The notes: generated from the sequence alone by a model not told the origin. A stretch of DNA of 64,000 bases from Candidatus Oxydemutatoraceae bacterium (GCA_965219575.1 OZ244779.1:1260769-1324768), one strand, 5' to 3'. Counted from the stretch's first letter, positions 41,501 through 47,523 are shown. Program-made: numbers and translations.

Positions 41501-44319
41501 ACGCGAGTACTCCCACCGAATTAATCAAAGAGAATATCCTTAGCTTAAGCGAAGGGGATGTCGTCCGCTTCGATGCCTCAAGGAGTTTCGGACCGAACAA
41601 TTCGCGGTTGGATTACCGGTGGAGTCAAGTATCGGGGAAACCCTTACTGTCGGGAATAAGAACCGCATCTACCGGAGAGTTGATGATACCTGTGGATTTA
41701 TTTGCCGAAGACGAGGACGATAGCACGGTGATCCTAAAACTAGAACTGAGCGAGAGCAATAATCCGGCATCTGCGCTAAGCATAGAAATACCGTTATCGG
41801 TGCGCAAGGCAAACAACGGAAATGCCGAAAGTGGTGTGAAATGGATAAATAGCGATACGCTTTCGGCAGGCGATCTGTCGGACGATATAGACGGAGATCC
41901 ACTGATTGATGTAGCCTATCTATGGTCGTCGGAACAAAACGGTAGATTTGTCGCTATACCCGGTGCGACTCGAAAAAGCTATACGCCTCCCGAAAATGCT
42001 CGCAACGCACAATACAGAGTCTCTATAAGCTACACCGATGCACAAGGTTACCGAACCACCGCTCACTACGACGCACCGCAATTTATAACGATTGCCAACT
42101 TCGTCGATAAAGACAGCGACGGTTTGATAGAGATCGAGACACTCGAGGCACTCGATGCGATTCGTTATCAGACGGACGGTAGCGGTTACCGTGCAAGTTC
42201 TACGACGATGATGATTACTACAGGTTGTCCTTTAGTCAACGGTGTAGAGAAATGCCGGGGCTACGAATTAGTCAAGGATTTGGATTTTCTAGACGATGCC
42301 GGCTATAGTTCAACCGCCAATAAAGTAGCTTGGACAACCGGCGCAGGTTGGCAACCTATCGGTATTGTCGCTAACAATGACTGTAGTGATGCGGCTAGCG
42401 ACTGTTTCGCCGCTATTTTGGAAGGCAACGGATATAGCATTTCCAATTTGCGGATCAATAGAGACACCACCGATGAAATAGGTTTGTTTGCCGGAAACAC
42501 CGGCACCATTCGCAATCTCGGATTATCGGAAATAGAAGTAACAGGCAATTCTAGGGTCGGTGGCCTCGTCGGTCGCAACGAAGGTGGACTAATGAATATC
42601 TATGTAGTCGAAGGCAAGGTTGAAGGTCAAAATAACGTTATCGGTCTGTTAACCGGCATCGGCGTGTCGGGTTCGTCGATCATCAATAGTTATGTAATCG
42701 GCACTGTGATAGGTTCTCGTTTTGTCGGTGGTATCTGTGGCATAAACTATGGTGACATGATCGGTAGTTATGCGGTTGCCGATGTTTCGGCACAGCGGGA
42801 GGCAGGTGGTCTGGTCGGCGAGAATCAAGGCACTATCGGCAACAGCTATACATCAGGCTCGGTTAGTATCAATGAGAAAGAACGAGCTGTAGGAGGTCTA
42901 GTCGGTGTATTATGGTCGGGCGGTCGTATTGATAACAGTTACTCGACTGCCGAGGTAAAAACAGACTTTGTTGCAACAGCCAATAGCGATGCGCAGTATG
43001 TAGGTGGTTTAATCGGCAACCGAGAATCACCCAGCCTACAAGTCAATAATAGTTATTGGGATACCGATGCGAGTGGGCGGACGAACTCTTCGGGAGGCGG
43101 TATCGCCAAGACCAAGGCTGAATTGCAAATGCCGACTGTAGCGGGAGCAAGGGTCAATGCTATCTATTACAACTGGGATGCCGACAGATGGGATTTCGGC
43201 ACTTCCGAGGCGTATCCGGCACTCAAATACTACGATAACACTTGTGTCACTGCCACACCGTCGCCGGATTGCGGTAGATTATTGCTCCATCAACGTATCG
43301 GCTTGAGAGATATAAAGCTGGAGCAGAATGTGGAGGGAGAACGACTGTATCTTTCTCCCGATTTTGACTCTACGGTTACAGCTTATACGGTATCGGTGCA
43401 TGCCGATGCGAGCGAATTGGGAATTATCCCGCTAGCGGCTAATCCCGATGCGGATATCGTAGCCGACGGCAAGGTCTTATCGGCAAACCACAGCGGCTAT
43501 ACCATTGCGATAGATACTTCCGAGCCTACCTCTACGGTTATCGAAGTTTCGGCGAGCAATTCGATGGGAACGGAGGATCCCATTGCATATAGATTGACGG
43601 TAAACAATCGTTTGCCCGAGATAGATATTAACGCGCCCGCTTCGATAAGCGAAGGCGAAACCCTTAGATTAAATGCCTCTATAGCAGATGCCGACGGAGA
43701 CGAGTTGCGGTACAGTCTGAGTGCGATTACCGACTTATTGCCGGATTTAGAGGAGACCACCGGCACCGCGGTAGGCGGTGCCGATTCGGTTTATGCGCTT
43801 AACATACCGAGTGATCTGCTCGGTGAGAGGCAAAGCACCGATAATATAAAGATCATGCTGACAGTTGAGGATGGTATGAGTGTTATGAACAAAACGGTGC
43901 GGATATCGATAATCAAAGAAAATAACGGTGTGATATCGGTTGCTACCCCTACGCTGAATGGTTTCACATATACCGTCGGAAATATAGATCTATCGTCGGA
44001 TACGGACGGAATAAATCCTGTTCCCGAAATAGCTTACCGATGGCAAAAGGAACTGTTGGGCAGCTGGTCGGATATCAATGGTGCCACCGCTCAAAGTTAT
44101 ACCGTCGAGGGTATTATAGGTGACCGCTACCGTGTATTGGTCGATTATACCGATAAGCAGGGTTATAGACATCAAAGCGTTGCATCTTCGGCAGTATCGG
44201 TACCGCAGCAATTTACTTATGATGTTCAGAAATCTAGAAGTGCCGTAAGAACTGTAATGGATCGGGCACCGGGTATTTTCATACATATCAGAGTACTCCC
44301 CGAAGGCCTTCTACGGTAA
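26569..44319 (+). CDS. Giant secreted GLUG-repeat / cadherin-like protein, paralog 3 (5916 aa, ten modules)
   Basis: Signal peptide MGGSTKFLLLLIAVSWVSVSA-Q; colinear with paralog 2 throughout; ends IHIRVLPEGLLR*. Confidence 0.88.
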   Translation: MGGSTKFLLLLIAVSWVSVSAQDVFECDYAADVDQDKDGLIEICDVDALDAIRYQLDGSGYRESFDTVKVTAGCPRSGCNGYELRKDLDFDADDSYRDLGNKAAWTSGLGWLPIGTRLNFFTARFEGNGHTIANLYIDRPSDYVGLFKATMRRAKISDLVLSQINIKGNSYVGGLAGHNAGSVVYVGVENGRLIGMGNTVGGLFGANAGTILNGDVILRRVEGNGHSLGGLVGHNEGHITHSVADTGLFGVSQVGGLVGLNFGGVLTNSRSDGTANGSDYIGGLVGLNRARISASYAEGKVISDGSYSGGLVGANNRGGRIADSRASGAVSGNLYAGGLVGWNKDSEITNSFAVSRVDGNSDVGGLVGWNESGRISNTYANGFVTGVDRVGGLVGSNRGIVSDSFANGQVVASGMHAGGLIGWNHAYQTRDAVAVRVTHSYWDSEAAEISLSAGGSPRTTQQLRSPTAPGLPGETFERWDVADWDFGTDEQYPILRHSEGSNEGHLLPGQYIMLSGLLVLDGLTLSPAFDPQTFDYRVYLSDDSLRQIRFSPTIANSTQTISVLKDEKTGLPSVINGETVPINLNGVPEPTLVTIARHYRIWVLRQTGLQATISSDRSDYRVSEGQNIVLNVLTSEPDVRRVRYRWSQVSPMQPDLLKDLNTRQAELNINIPDDFVAQDNDESPVVLQVEVRVGGTTVVRNTTITVVRTNNGSINTLAAPTYREGTLAVADISEADLSVDPDGGVDINSFRYRWQYKLPSATRWHDIKDATQTRYEIPAVLSAIDNIGYRVGLDYRDNQGHRHRIVSEPVSVVQVVEDDGFADIYYLEDLNAIRNQLDGRYELARDLDFNSDASYRDPINKAKWTVADYGNDADTGWLPVGTIVNRFTGIFDGNGHTIFNLQINRDAADDQGLFGALGSAAIVKNIGLLNVKIEGTQHIGGMVGINAGTIVGSYAVGEFSANSLVGGIVGVNHGKIINSYAGSVISRRSSVPSHLGGLVGTNEGIVINSHATVQILERRSNNVGGLIGWNAVDARVINSYAGGDVGGDVHVGGLTGINRGSITNSYADGEVSGNGSLGGLVGANQIAAAMITNSYAVGRVQGSGSGLVATNEGVIRASYWNIETGGSQGRYGSGRTMQQMQLPTAAIGIYEAWDDADWDFGNSAQYPILKYAPGPDGDACGVPGLPQCGELISPHLRHGLHSLATAGGIVLSPEFDTEVQNRSGIYIGTLSSTDNTIRLIPTTIEPTAHIGFYIGDDEIAYDTIRSGETSKAISLKAIGMTRIRIEVQGTVTVDYTLYIDYRNIAEFRSINYLEDLRAIHRRPQGSYKLARDLDFADSGSYLDPLNRISWTVEDYNDAGDVGWVPIGSESKPFAGRFDGNGHTISGLQINRDDADNQSLLGVTASSAVISNIGLLNVKIEGGAKVAGLVGTNRGQVGYSYVGGSIESKSIEGVGGGLVANNDGGDIIGSRALSQVSGTQFIGGLVGDNNGRIINSHADSIVMPGSGGSRFGGLVGRNRSLIANSYASGEILFGGTSSIKGGLVGWNDLQARIVNGYAAVGIVGAIAGGLVGYNLGAIENSYAIGELSGGNSTRGSLVGNNAGGTIVVSYWNSDTIASGGNNGIGQTSAQLRSATPTVPMNSIYKDWDTDDWDFGTSEQYPILKYTTATESIFECDSSGMPQCGNLVSPGLRYGLRDLTAADDVTFSPPLDVDRLNQSGVYSATVFGEHPSIRLIPVAIESTARISFIGDKHEILDSHDTSSPISLKNEVIKKVVVEVKGTKTVRYTLYLSYMHHRVIDEDGDGLVDIDYLEDLDAVRHQLDGSGYRADAGSVKITSGCPSAGCRGYELLRDLDFNDAAGYRNADANMGRWTGAGAWQPIGSDRATFTATFKGNNKTIANLSVRAGGGLFTAIGSDSRVAYIDGIGLSAVDIKGDVVAGIAASCVQCTISNSYVIGNIQGTAAVAGLLNTISATNGGRASISNSYFIGNLAVNGPSAVGGGLVGDVDSDLTITDSYVVGRITAEHDDGFIGGLVGVRTSSALDIVNSYASIAATKADVSQGLFGGNRNPSARLAPTVHTSYLDKDISQAEVTLGKLKSTVALQSQAPTTPTDSIYKDWDTDDWDFGTAKQYPAIKYNLQAHATDGDAHCGTADIRRRPDACRTLLRHQGSLLQDLKLSEGLGLSSPFAHTSFDYGISVNADRSTIRMLPTAFNEIATIEVIKDDNAIGETDSGKWTVPIPLNDSGDTVFSLVVKDGKRHSYRYRFVVNRLGIVAQSIDEDGDGFIDISNATHLDAVRHRLDGSAYQQSETVDALYCSNGCSGYELTADIDLAGVEWQPIGSLNEPFSGVFRGNGHTISNLTIKTGNATGMGLFEVIGAGGRVENVGLVNVNIAGQNNVGTIAGYNFGTIINSHADGNLVVVNSYVGGLVGRNNGGTIVNSYANVDVHANNIYAGGLVGWNEANSFIVNSYAIGTVRANNGLAGGLVGSSPKGAKIHNSYAAGDVRVQTDGNLAGGLIASGGLIVSSYYKAGAVISRANSLIGIDKTAVELKAGVPSDDIYTEWDRADWHFGNTEQYPALLYAPANADDTACRQPSLEQLSACNGGLFGALSEHDRAVVCRSHLPRLPEQTPYCGALLPEQRAGLVRLEFSKNASLIPAFNPEIYDYDLVVDSGITFRTTPTAYYGSDTITVNIDDLGSSTSSGRSSSITLNDDLDSIVLRVQSATPGMPTRYTIKVLQDIAVVDGLITIDYLEDLNLMRHSLEQVSATLKDCPIDTEDGVRRCKGYRLVGDLDFKNPTSYRAGNLNPIWTTGSGWQPIGNRSNPFSGLFSGNAHTLSNLRIHDIPVGDIGLFGVVADDARIENIGLLNADIDVDNSRHSLFDIGGLVGENYGEIINSHVVGGRVRGDFFVGGLVGRNEGGTIVNSHANVSVNGRTNITGGLVGSNAIDGKIHNSYASGAVVGNDFVGGLVGISTGDIRNSYASGAVVGNGFVGGLVGELSQQGIEVSNSYAIGKVTGRRLVGGLIGSITNAGIRDAVNASYWDIDTSNITGSVAGIGKTTAELRTPAIGNGIYSNWDGNDWYSESSSQYPALRYTGATDVVARPACRETGDDGAELPICGDLLPDQSIGLSNLARSNRTGQVLLLRPDFNSGIYDYELILKSDAREFSIIPYTFNPDAVITLNDDSETNRHRELRSGKGTTLTIGDIDDLLLTLAVEDRLISGTTQTTLYSIKVSKHSFVTVNDIDEDDDGLIEVRSADDLNAIRYQLDGSGYKADRDDTKITVGCPTTPTVGCKGYELAASIDLSGFDWHPIGVIDATTLDCNDTQSRCFAAIFDGNRALGYEISGLSIATSQRDNVGLFAALADAAQVKNLNLADVEVGGHFGVGSLTAYNAGAIDNSSADGTVAGEHAVGGLVAYNVGRISDSYAYGAVSGDRIVGGLVARNESSGVIANSYSLNRVSGNTGIGGLVALNLGAIANTYASGVVEGVTLIGGLVGDNGGSVRNSYATADIVCTGVPACTSYTVATGGLIGRNTGGIAVNSYWDTGVSNIRISAGGVGKTTLQLQSGSGQSSDASRAYYRWRSSDWHFGDVYQYPILKYTGGSENTLAGLQSYGLASLTIAEVVTLSPNFNTTKLHYRVGVDLDANIKRLHLTPNALDEDATIRIFSDNGFDETIKTGTGSSAIVLHSTATTVIGVEVSGDRRVRYRFEVNYFSSGTKRDVDTDRDGLIEILTLEDLDAMRNALDGKSLRHQNADGVSIKNARGCPMTGCRGYELLRDLDFDNPAHYRTGSVNTAWTSGASWQPIGTQRHPFTATFKGNGYTISNLKVNRPDSDGGLFGVIDGSESNVVIESLGLSDVDIVGGAHVGGLVGTNRAGDIRKSYVIGSVTTRGYGTSEMVGGLVGRNIAGSITESYSETQVKANLAAELSVALAGGLVALNDDRSRIENSYAIGSVVGRDSVGGLVALNRNSSEIVDSYAVNKAIAIGAMSKVGGLVAVNDAVVGDSYWDIEVSGVVSSAGGTSATTITLQSSTPTSPINSVYRNWDADVWEFSDAGRYPTLKALDHASLLAPDGKSLLQSLTLSDNVRLFPSFHPLIFDYDLIAESGQIAEVRLNTTSTRAATTIDIACSTGLVCSSGIPMSFVLNGSDTPEITITTNNSDAGVLSYNFSVRYGEPNIKRVTATTTTVISLPLAVAEGERVRLIASYDFGLSADLYHYRWRQSTGDALRFNDMQSPVDTQSAVLDFTVPGNVVSQQDDRRVVRLILEIVVNEAVYLSKVLPLIISKRDNDAASRIRVLKDDDKLHTYTVKFERADGSEFVDRDGGFTETFIQWQRRRSEAESWIDLASTPTYTIPNEGNYQYRALALYEDNQGYRGQFESEVIDYSDIDDDGDGLIEIRYLEELDAIRYRLDGSGYKATASVDKITTGCPLVNGIEKCRGYELMNDLDFNDNESYRALDPSLLKNSWTVSDFTDASDLGWQPIGGFNAVFNGNGYTISNMQINRSVGNTNSIGLFSQIGAVGKVKNLGLVDPTIKGLVGIKNVGGIAGAIQRGGVIINSHVVGDVGAGNTDKIITGDVGFAGGRGFIGGLVGWNRGFILNSYAKINVVAEDSGTLENKRVGVGGLVGRNIDGGKVYNSYATGEVKGPCVVGGLVGNQFSANSDSLLTRSEIKNSYATGNVETGFGTCVNSNNKFAGGLVGFNNNSRVENSYTLGEVLGDGTRGGLVAGKFPVGNTSIANPINSYWNYEQNCHFAVSFGFVLGVQCFGITGGTKNVRIPNNLRSPIAPNTMFNSCVESYAGGLDPEDVCTTYVGWNTADWDFGTTKQYPALKYGVGLDRNAPGCDTDPKTALPSCNALLPGQIADTVLLNSLSVSANSSAVRLIPSFMPSRFNYEAIIVAETVPALIKVATGVEEDTAITIRKDGGAPLIKQSDGTVQISTNDSFNLGIKTTSGDERAANYRIQVHLSYLPQPKILQVINASTPTELIKENILSLSEGDVVRFDASRSFGPNNSRLDYRWSQVSGKPLLSGIRTASTGELMIPVDLFAEDEDDSTVILKLELSESNNPASALSIEIPLSVRKANNGNAESGVKWINSDTLSAGDLSDDIDGDPLIDVAYLWSSEQNGRFVAIPGATRKSYTPPENARNAQYRVSISYTDAQGYRTTAHYDAPQFITIANFVDKDSDGLIEIETLEALDAIRYQTDGSGYRASSTTMMITTGCPLVNGVEKCRGYELVKDLDFLDDAGYSSTANKVAWTTGAGWQPIGIVANNDCSDAASDCFAAILEGNGYSISNLRINRDTTDEIGLFAGNTGTIRNLGLSEIEVTGNSRVGGLVGRNEGGLMNIYVVEGKVEGQNNVIGLLTGIGVSGSSIINSYVIGTVIGSRFVGGICGINYGDMIGSYAVADVSAQREAGGLVGENQGTIGNSYTSGSVSINEKERAVGGLVGVLWSGGRIDNSYSTAEVKTDFVATANSDAQYVGGLIGNRESPSLQVNNSYWDTDASGRTNSSGGGIAKTKAELQMPTVAGARVNAIYYNWDADRWDFGTSEAYPALKYYDNTCVTATPSPDCGRLLLHQRIGLRDIKLEQNVEGERLYLSPDFDSTVTAYTVSVHADASELGIIPLAANPDADIVADGKVLSANHSGYTIAIDTSEPTSTVIEVSASNSMGTEDPIAYRLTVNNRLPEIDINAPASISEGETLRLNASIADADGDELRYSLSAITDLLPDLEETTGTAVGGADSVYALNIPSDLLGERQSTDNIKIMLTVEDGMSVMNKTVRISIIKENNGVISVATPTLNGFTYTVGNIDLSSDTDGINPVPEIAYRWQKELLGSWSDINGATAQSYTVEGIIGDRYRVLVDYTDKQGYRHQSVASSAVSVPQQFTYDVQKSRSAVRTVMDRAPGIFIHIRVLPEGLLR

Positions 44320-44325
44320 TCCATT

Positions 44326-44371
44326 TCCCTCCTGTGGAGGGGTGGCAGGTTGAGCCTGACGGGGTGATCGC
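44326..44371 (+). repeat. CCCTCC/GGAGGG hairpin repeat following a stop codon
   Basis: TCCCTCCTGTGGAGGGGTGGCAGGTTGAGCCTGACGGGGTGATCGC; a second, split copy lies at 52835-52856 plus 52949-52970. Confidence 0.7.
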
Positions 44372-44377
44372 CGGGGG

Positions 44378-44670
44378 AGGGCTGTTGAAAAAGTATCCAC
44401 GAACCGTAGGGGCGGACTTGCATGTCCGCCCGTGACGCGTTGGTCGGCACGATTTATACATTCATTCACCCGATTTATGGAAACCAAAACCATGCAGCGC
44501 AAGCGGTTACGGTTATTCTGGACAGTACTTAAGGGCAGACATCAGAGTTGCCGATTGACCTACCGGCTCAATCGGCGGCTTTATACCGCCCCTACGGCTT
44601 GGTGGTTATTATAAATTCAAGGCGTGCAGCGGTTGGGTTTGAGCGATGCCCGCACTTTTTCAACAGCCCA
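44378..44670. mobile_element. MITE copy 2 (opposite orientation to copy 1)
   Basis: GGGCTGTTGAAAAAG ... CTTTTTCAACAGCCC ends. About the first 110 bp are the reverse complement of the right part of copy 1. REP at 44406-44431; the second REP carries an extra hairpin (44550-44576). No target duplication visible. Confidence 0.8.
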
Positions 44671-44830
44671 AGCGTGTCTGAATCAGTTAATCTCTCTCCT
44701 TCGGAAGAGAATATCACCCTCTAATATACCGTTCAACATGTATTTACTACCGTTCATCGATTTGTTTCCCACCCTACTCAATACCGGGTTTAGGGTAGAT
44801 GTTTTACACCCAATTTATAGGAGATTTACT

Positions 44831-45779
44831 ATGGATGAAAAACATCTCGGATACTTAGACTTGACAAAAGATATTTCCTTTAAGCGATACTTGTCGATCA
44901 ATAAGCAAGTATTGTTCTCGTTGATTAAGAGCTTCCTGCCGACCTCCGATAATGCGCCGGATATGATGACATTCAACCCCGGCATACTCAACCCTGCATC
45001 CAAAACTGCAAATCAACAAAGCCGATCGGGCGATAAGCTACATCTGCAGGATAGTTCTATCCCACCGGACACACCGGGTGGCAAACAGGTTGTGCTAGAC
45101 CTCCATGTCAAGTTACATAGCGGTGAGAATATCAACATAGAGATGCAGGGCTACTCTCAAAAGGACTTCTTTAGTAGAATGTTGGCTTATTGGGTGCAGT
45201 TGCACTCTTATGGTATGAGGCGTGGGCAGAAGTTTGATCAGATTGATCCGAGCTACTTACTGGTGTTTACTCGGTTCACGGTGTTTGATGAAGAGGACTA
45301 TATAAACGAGACAATAATCACTCTGCGTAAGCATCGGCATAAAGAATTGACTAAGGACTTTGGGTTGGTGATAGTGGAATTGAGCAAGTTCAACAAGAAC
45401 TACCTTGAGTTGGTTGATATGACGGATAGGTGGTGCTATCATCAAGCACTCGGCGGAATTGACGGCTGAGCAAGTAAAGCATTTATCACAAGACGGAGAG
45501 ACGAAGATGGCATTAAAACATTTAGAGAAAGTATCAAAAGAGAATAGAGAGTACTGGAACGCTATATTGCTAGAAAGACAAGAGTGGGACCGCCACGTGA
45601 GAAAGCAAGAGATCATGGAAGAAGTCAAGGCAGAAGGGTTGGCAGAAGGTAAAGTAAAAAGAGATCACGAAATTGCTTTGAACATGTTGCAAAAAGGCCT
45701 GAAGGTTTCGTTGATTTCCGAAGTCACGGGTTTATCTGCCGACGAGATTAAACAGCTAAAGAGTAGAACTGCCGATTGA
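44831..45779 (+). pseudogene. Rpn-family recombination-promoting nuclease / PD-(D/E)XK putative transposase, frameshifted near 45440
   Basis: ATG 44831 with an AGGAG RBS. Motifs LDLTKDISFK, VLDLHV, INIEMQ, R.LAYW, IVELSKF, DRWCY; after TGG TGC TAT C the typical continuation IKHSAEL...EG.AEG...IALNMLQKG....ISEVTGLS.DEI lies in another frame. Confidence 0.8.
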
Positions 45780-45797
45780 GCCGATAGATCAATCGAC
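45771..45797 (-). repeat. 27-bp GCCGATTGA-N9-TCAATCGGC hairpin, reverse-orientation degenerate copy overlapping the Rpn stop codon
   Basis: GCCGATTGA-GCCGATAGA-TCAATCGAC versus the reverse complement of the other copies, GCCGATTGA-GCCGGTAGG-TCAATCGGC. Confidence 0.65.
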
Positions 45798-45962
45798 AGA
45801 GACGAGATGAGCCTTTTAACTATTTAGGTGGATAAATGGATAATTGTGCAGACATTCTTGGGGCTGTTGAAGAAGTGAGGACATCGTTCAAACCCAATCG
45901 CTGTGCGCCGTGAATACTTGCAAACCACCTGTAGGGGCGGACTAACATGATGCCTTATTAAA

Positions 45963-45968
45963 AATCAA
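45963..45968 (-). promoter_or_regulatory. -35 box (TTGATT) of the IS110 circle-junction promoter
   Basis: In the circular form it lies 17 nt from TATATT at 47262-47257. Confidence 0.75.
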
Positions 45969-46009
45969 GCCATTTTATTCATTTTTTATCTCCTTTTTTG
46001 AGTATCGAT

Positions 46010-46996
46010 TCAGGATGCAGATGCGCAACAATAATTCGGGTCAAACGGCTTCCTGTATCTGAGTATTCCGTAAATAATACGTGCCAGCTTATGGGCGCAA
46101 GCAACAATAATCTGCTTTTTAGTTAACTCCGGACGCCGCCGACTTAATTGGTCGGCAAAGGCACGGATGATTGGGTTATGAACCCGTGCCGAGAGTGCCG
46201 CCATAAACAGCAGGGTGCGCAGTTCGGCATCGCCCATTTTAGAGATATGCGCCTTCGCCTCGTAGTTGCCGGACTGCCGGCGCCTTGGGTTGAGACCGAC
46301 ATAGACTGCGAATTGCTCTGCGTTATCAAATGTCTTATCATTGAAAACAGCACACAGGGCAATCGCCGTCTGAGTGCCGATGCCGGTAATGGAACACAGC
46401 AACTGCTCAAGCTCTGCGAGTTGCTCGTCTTGAGCGATAATTCGCTCCATTTCGGCATCCTGCTTAGCAATCTGCTTGTCAAAGTATCTCAGGTTCTCAG
46501 CTGCTCGTTTTTTTTGCCTTGCATCGCATAAGGTTTTCATACAATTACTTAACCCGGTATGATCTTTGACTAATTGCCTGCGCACTTTTCGTGCATCTCT
46601 CAAGGCGAGTGCAGTCGGTGACGGCATTTGCCAATCTTTACCGTCAACAGCGAATGCGAACAGTGCGATGAGCCGCGCATCATCGCGATCGGTTTTATTG
46701 TGCATACCAAGCGATTTACGGAAGCTGGCAACCTGCGCCGGTTTGACAATCCTAATCGGATGTTGCGCCAGATAGCCGGCTTTGCACAGGGCGAACTCAA
46801 AACCGCCGGTGGCTTCAACACAGATGCGACAGTGCGGTGCGCAGTGTTTGCTAGCCCAAGCTAACAGTTGCTTAATGCCTTTGGCATCATTGCTAAATTG
46901 TGCCTCGGCAAAACTATTATCGGTGAATAATAGAGCGGCCTCTAAAGTGTCTTTAGAGACATCCACGCCGATTATGGCAGGGTGTTTGTTTTCCAT
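46010..46996 (-). CDS. IS110-family DEDD recombinase (bridge recombinase)
   Basis: RuvC-like DEDD motifs GVDVSK, CVEATG, KTDRDDA; Tnp domain SITGIG..TA, GLNP..RQSG, ISKMG...LR..L, ACAHKLARIIYG. Start placed at the second Met (46996) because GGAGGA lies just upstream of it. Confidence 0.95.
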   Translation of the reverse strand: MENKHPAIIGVDVSKDTLEAALLFTDNSFAEAQFSNDAKGIKQLLAWASKHCAPHCRICVEATGGFEFALCKAGYLAQHPIRIVKPAQVASFRKSLGMHNKTDRDDARLIALFAFAVDGKDWQMPSPTALALRDARKVRRQLVKDHTGLSNCMKTLCDARQKKRAAENLRYFDKQIAKQDAEMERIIAQDEQLAELEQLLCSITGIGTQTAIALCAVFNDKTFDNAEQFAVYVGLNPRRRQSGNYEAKAHISKMGDAELRTLLFMAALSARVHNPIIRAFADQLSRRRPELTKKQIIVACAHKLARIIYGILRYRKPFDPNYCCASAS

Positions 46997-47054
46997 AATA
47001 ATATCCTCCATTATGGTTGTTCAGTGAATAAAATACTCGGTAGCCAGTTCAGGA

Positions 47055-47250
47055 AAGTATGACTACGCCGCCCACACAGGTAAATACGAGATCTAAAGTC
47101 TCAAGCTGCCTTCCGAGCTCTATAGTCATAGCGCCGGAGGAGTGCTTTTCATGCTAACAGGCTTTAATGCCTCGTCCGTCCTGCGGCGTGTCTCCTCCGA
47201 CTTCCTAGGTACTGCAACTACCTAAGCATTTATCTTATATAAATAAGCTA
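47055..47250 (-). ncRNA. Predicted bridge RNA (5' hairpin, target-binding loop, donor-binding loop)
   Basis: Three stems: 47206-47224; CGGAGGAG/CTCCTCCG (47135-47199) with inner AGGC/GCCT hairpin; TATGACTA/TAGTCATA (47058-47130) with inner GAGA/TCTC hairpin. The loop guides match the target and donor sequences. Ends are approximate. Confidence 0.85.
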
Positions 47251-47256
47251 GGGTTT

Positions 47257-47262
47257 AATATA
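47257..47262 (-). promoter_or_regulatory. -10 box (TATATT) of the IS110 circle-junction promoter
   Basis: Lies two bases inside the element end, next to the core. Confidence 0.75.
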
Positions 47263-47523
47263 CCTGTCCGCCCGTAACGCGTTGGTCGGCACGATTTATA
47301 CATTCATTCATTCAATTTATGGAAACCAAAACCAAATGGCGCAAAGCGGTTAGGTTTGTGCATGACGTTAGTTAAGGGCAGACATCAGAGTTGCCGATTG
47401 ACCTACCGGCTCAATCGGCGGCTTTATACTGCCCCTACGGCTTGGTGGTTATTATAAATTCACGGCGCAAGCGGTTACGGTTGCAAGCTGACGATACTTT
47501 TTCAACAGTCCCACATCGTAAAT

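Larger units (their letters stand above)
45948..47266 (-). mobile_element. Complete IS110-family (IS621-like architecture) element with duplicated 2-nt core
   Basis: Ends are defined by restoring the REP: TG at 45948-45949 and 47265-47266 (CA on the element strand). No terminal IRs; long (about 270 bp) upstream end and 60-bp downstream end around the recombinase. Confidence 0.92.
45860..47512. mobile_element. MITE copy 3, interrupted by IS110 inside its first REP
   Basis: GGGGCTGTTGAAGAAG (45860) ... CTTTTTCAACAGTCCC (47512). The REP is split into GTAGGGGCGGACTAACATG (45931-45949) and TGTCCGCCC (47265-47273); the remainder aligns with copy 2. Confidence 0.85.

Noticed and set aside
6942-44319. 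RTX/T1SS, autotransporter or ZmpB-like protease assignment for the giant proteins
   Set aside because: No GGxGxD nonapeptide runs, no C-terminal barrel with terminal aromatic residue and no HExxH catalytic domain noticed; only the GLUG-type repeats are shared with such proteases.
44624-44830. N-terminal extension of the Rpn ORF from GTG 44624
   Set aside because: Starts inside the MITE; family-like sequence and an RBS begin at ATG 44831.
44378-47512. Composite transposon of MITE copies 2 and 3 carrying the Rpn gene
   Set aside because: The outer flanks (GGGG and ACAT) do not form a duplication; independent insertions explain it equally well.
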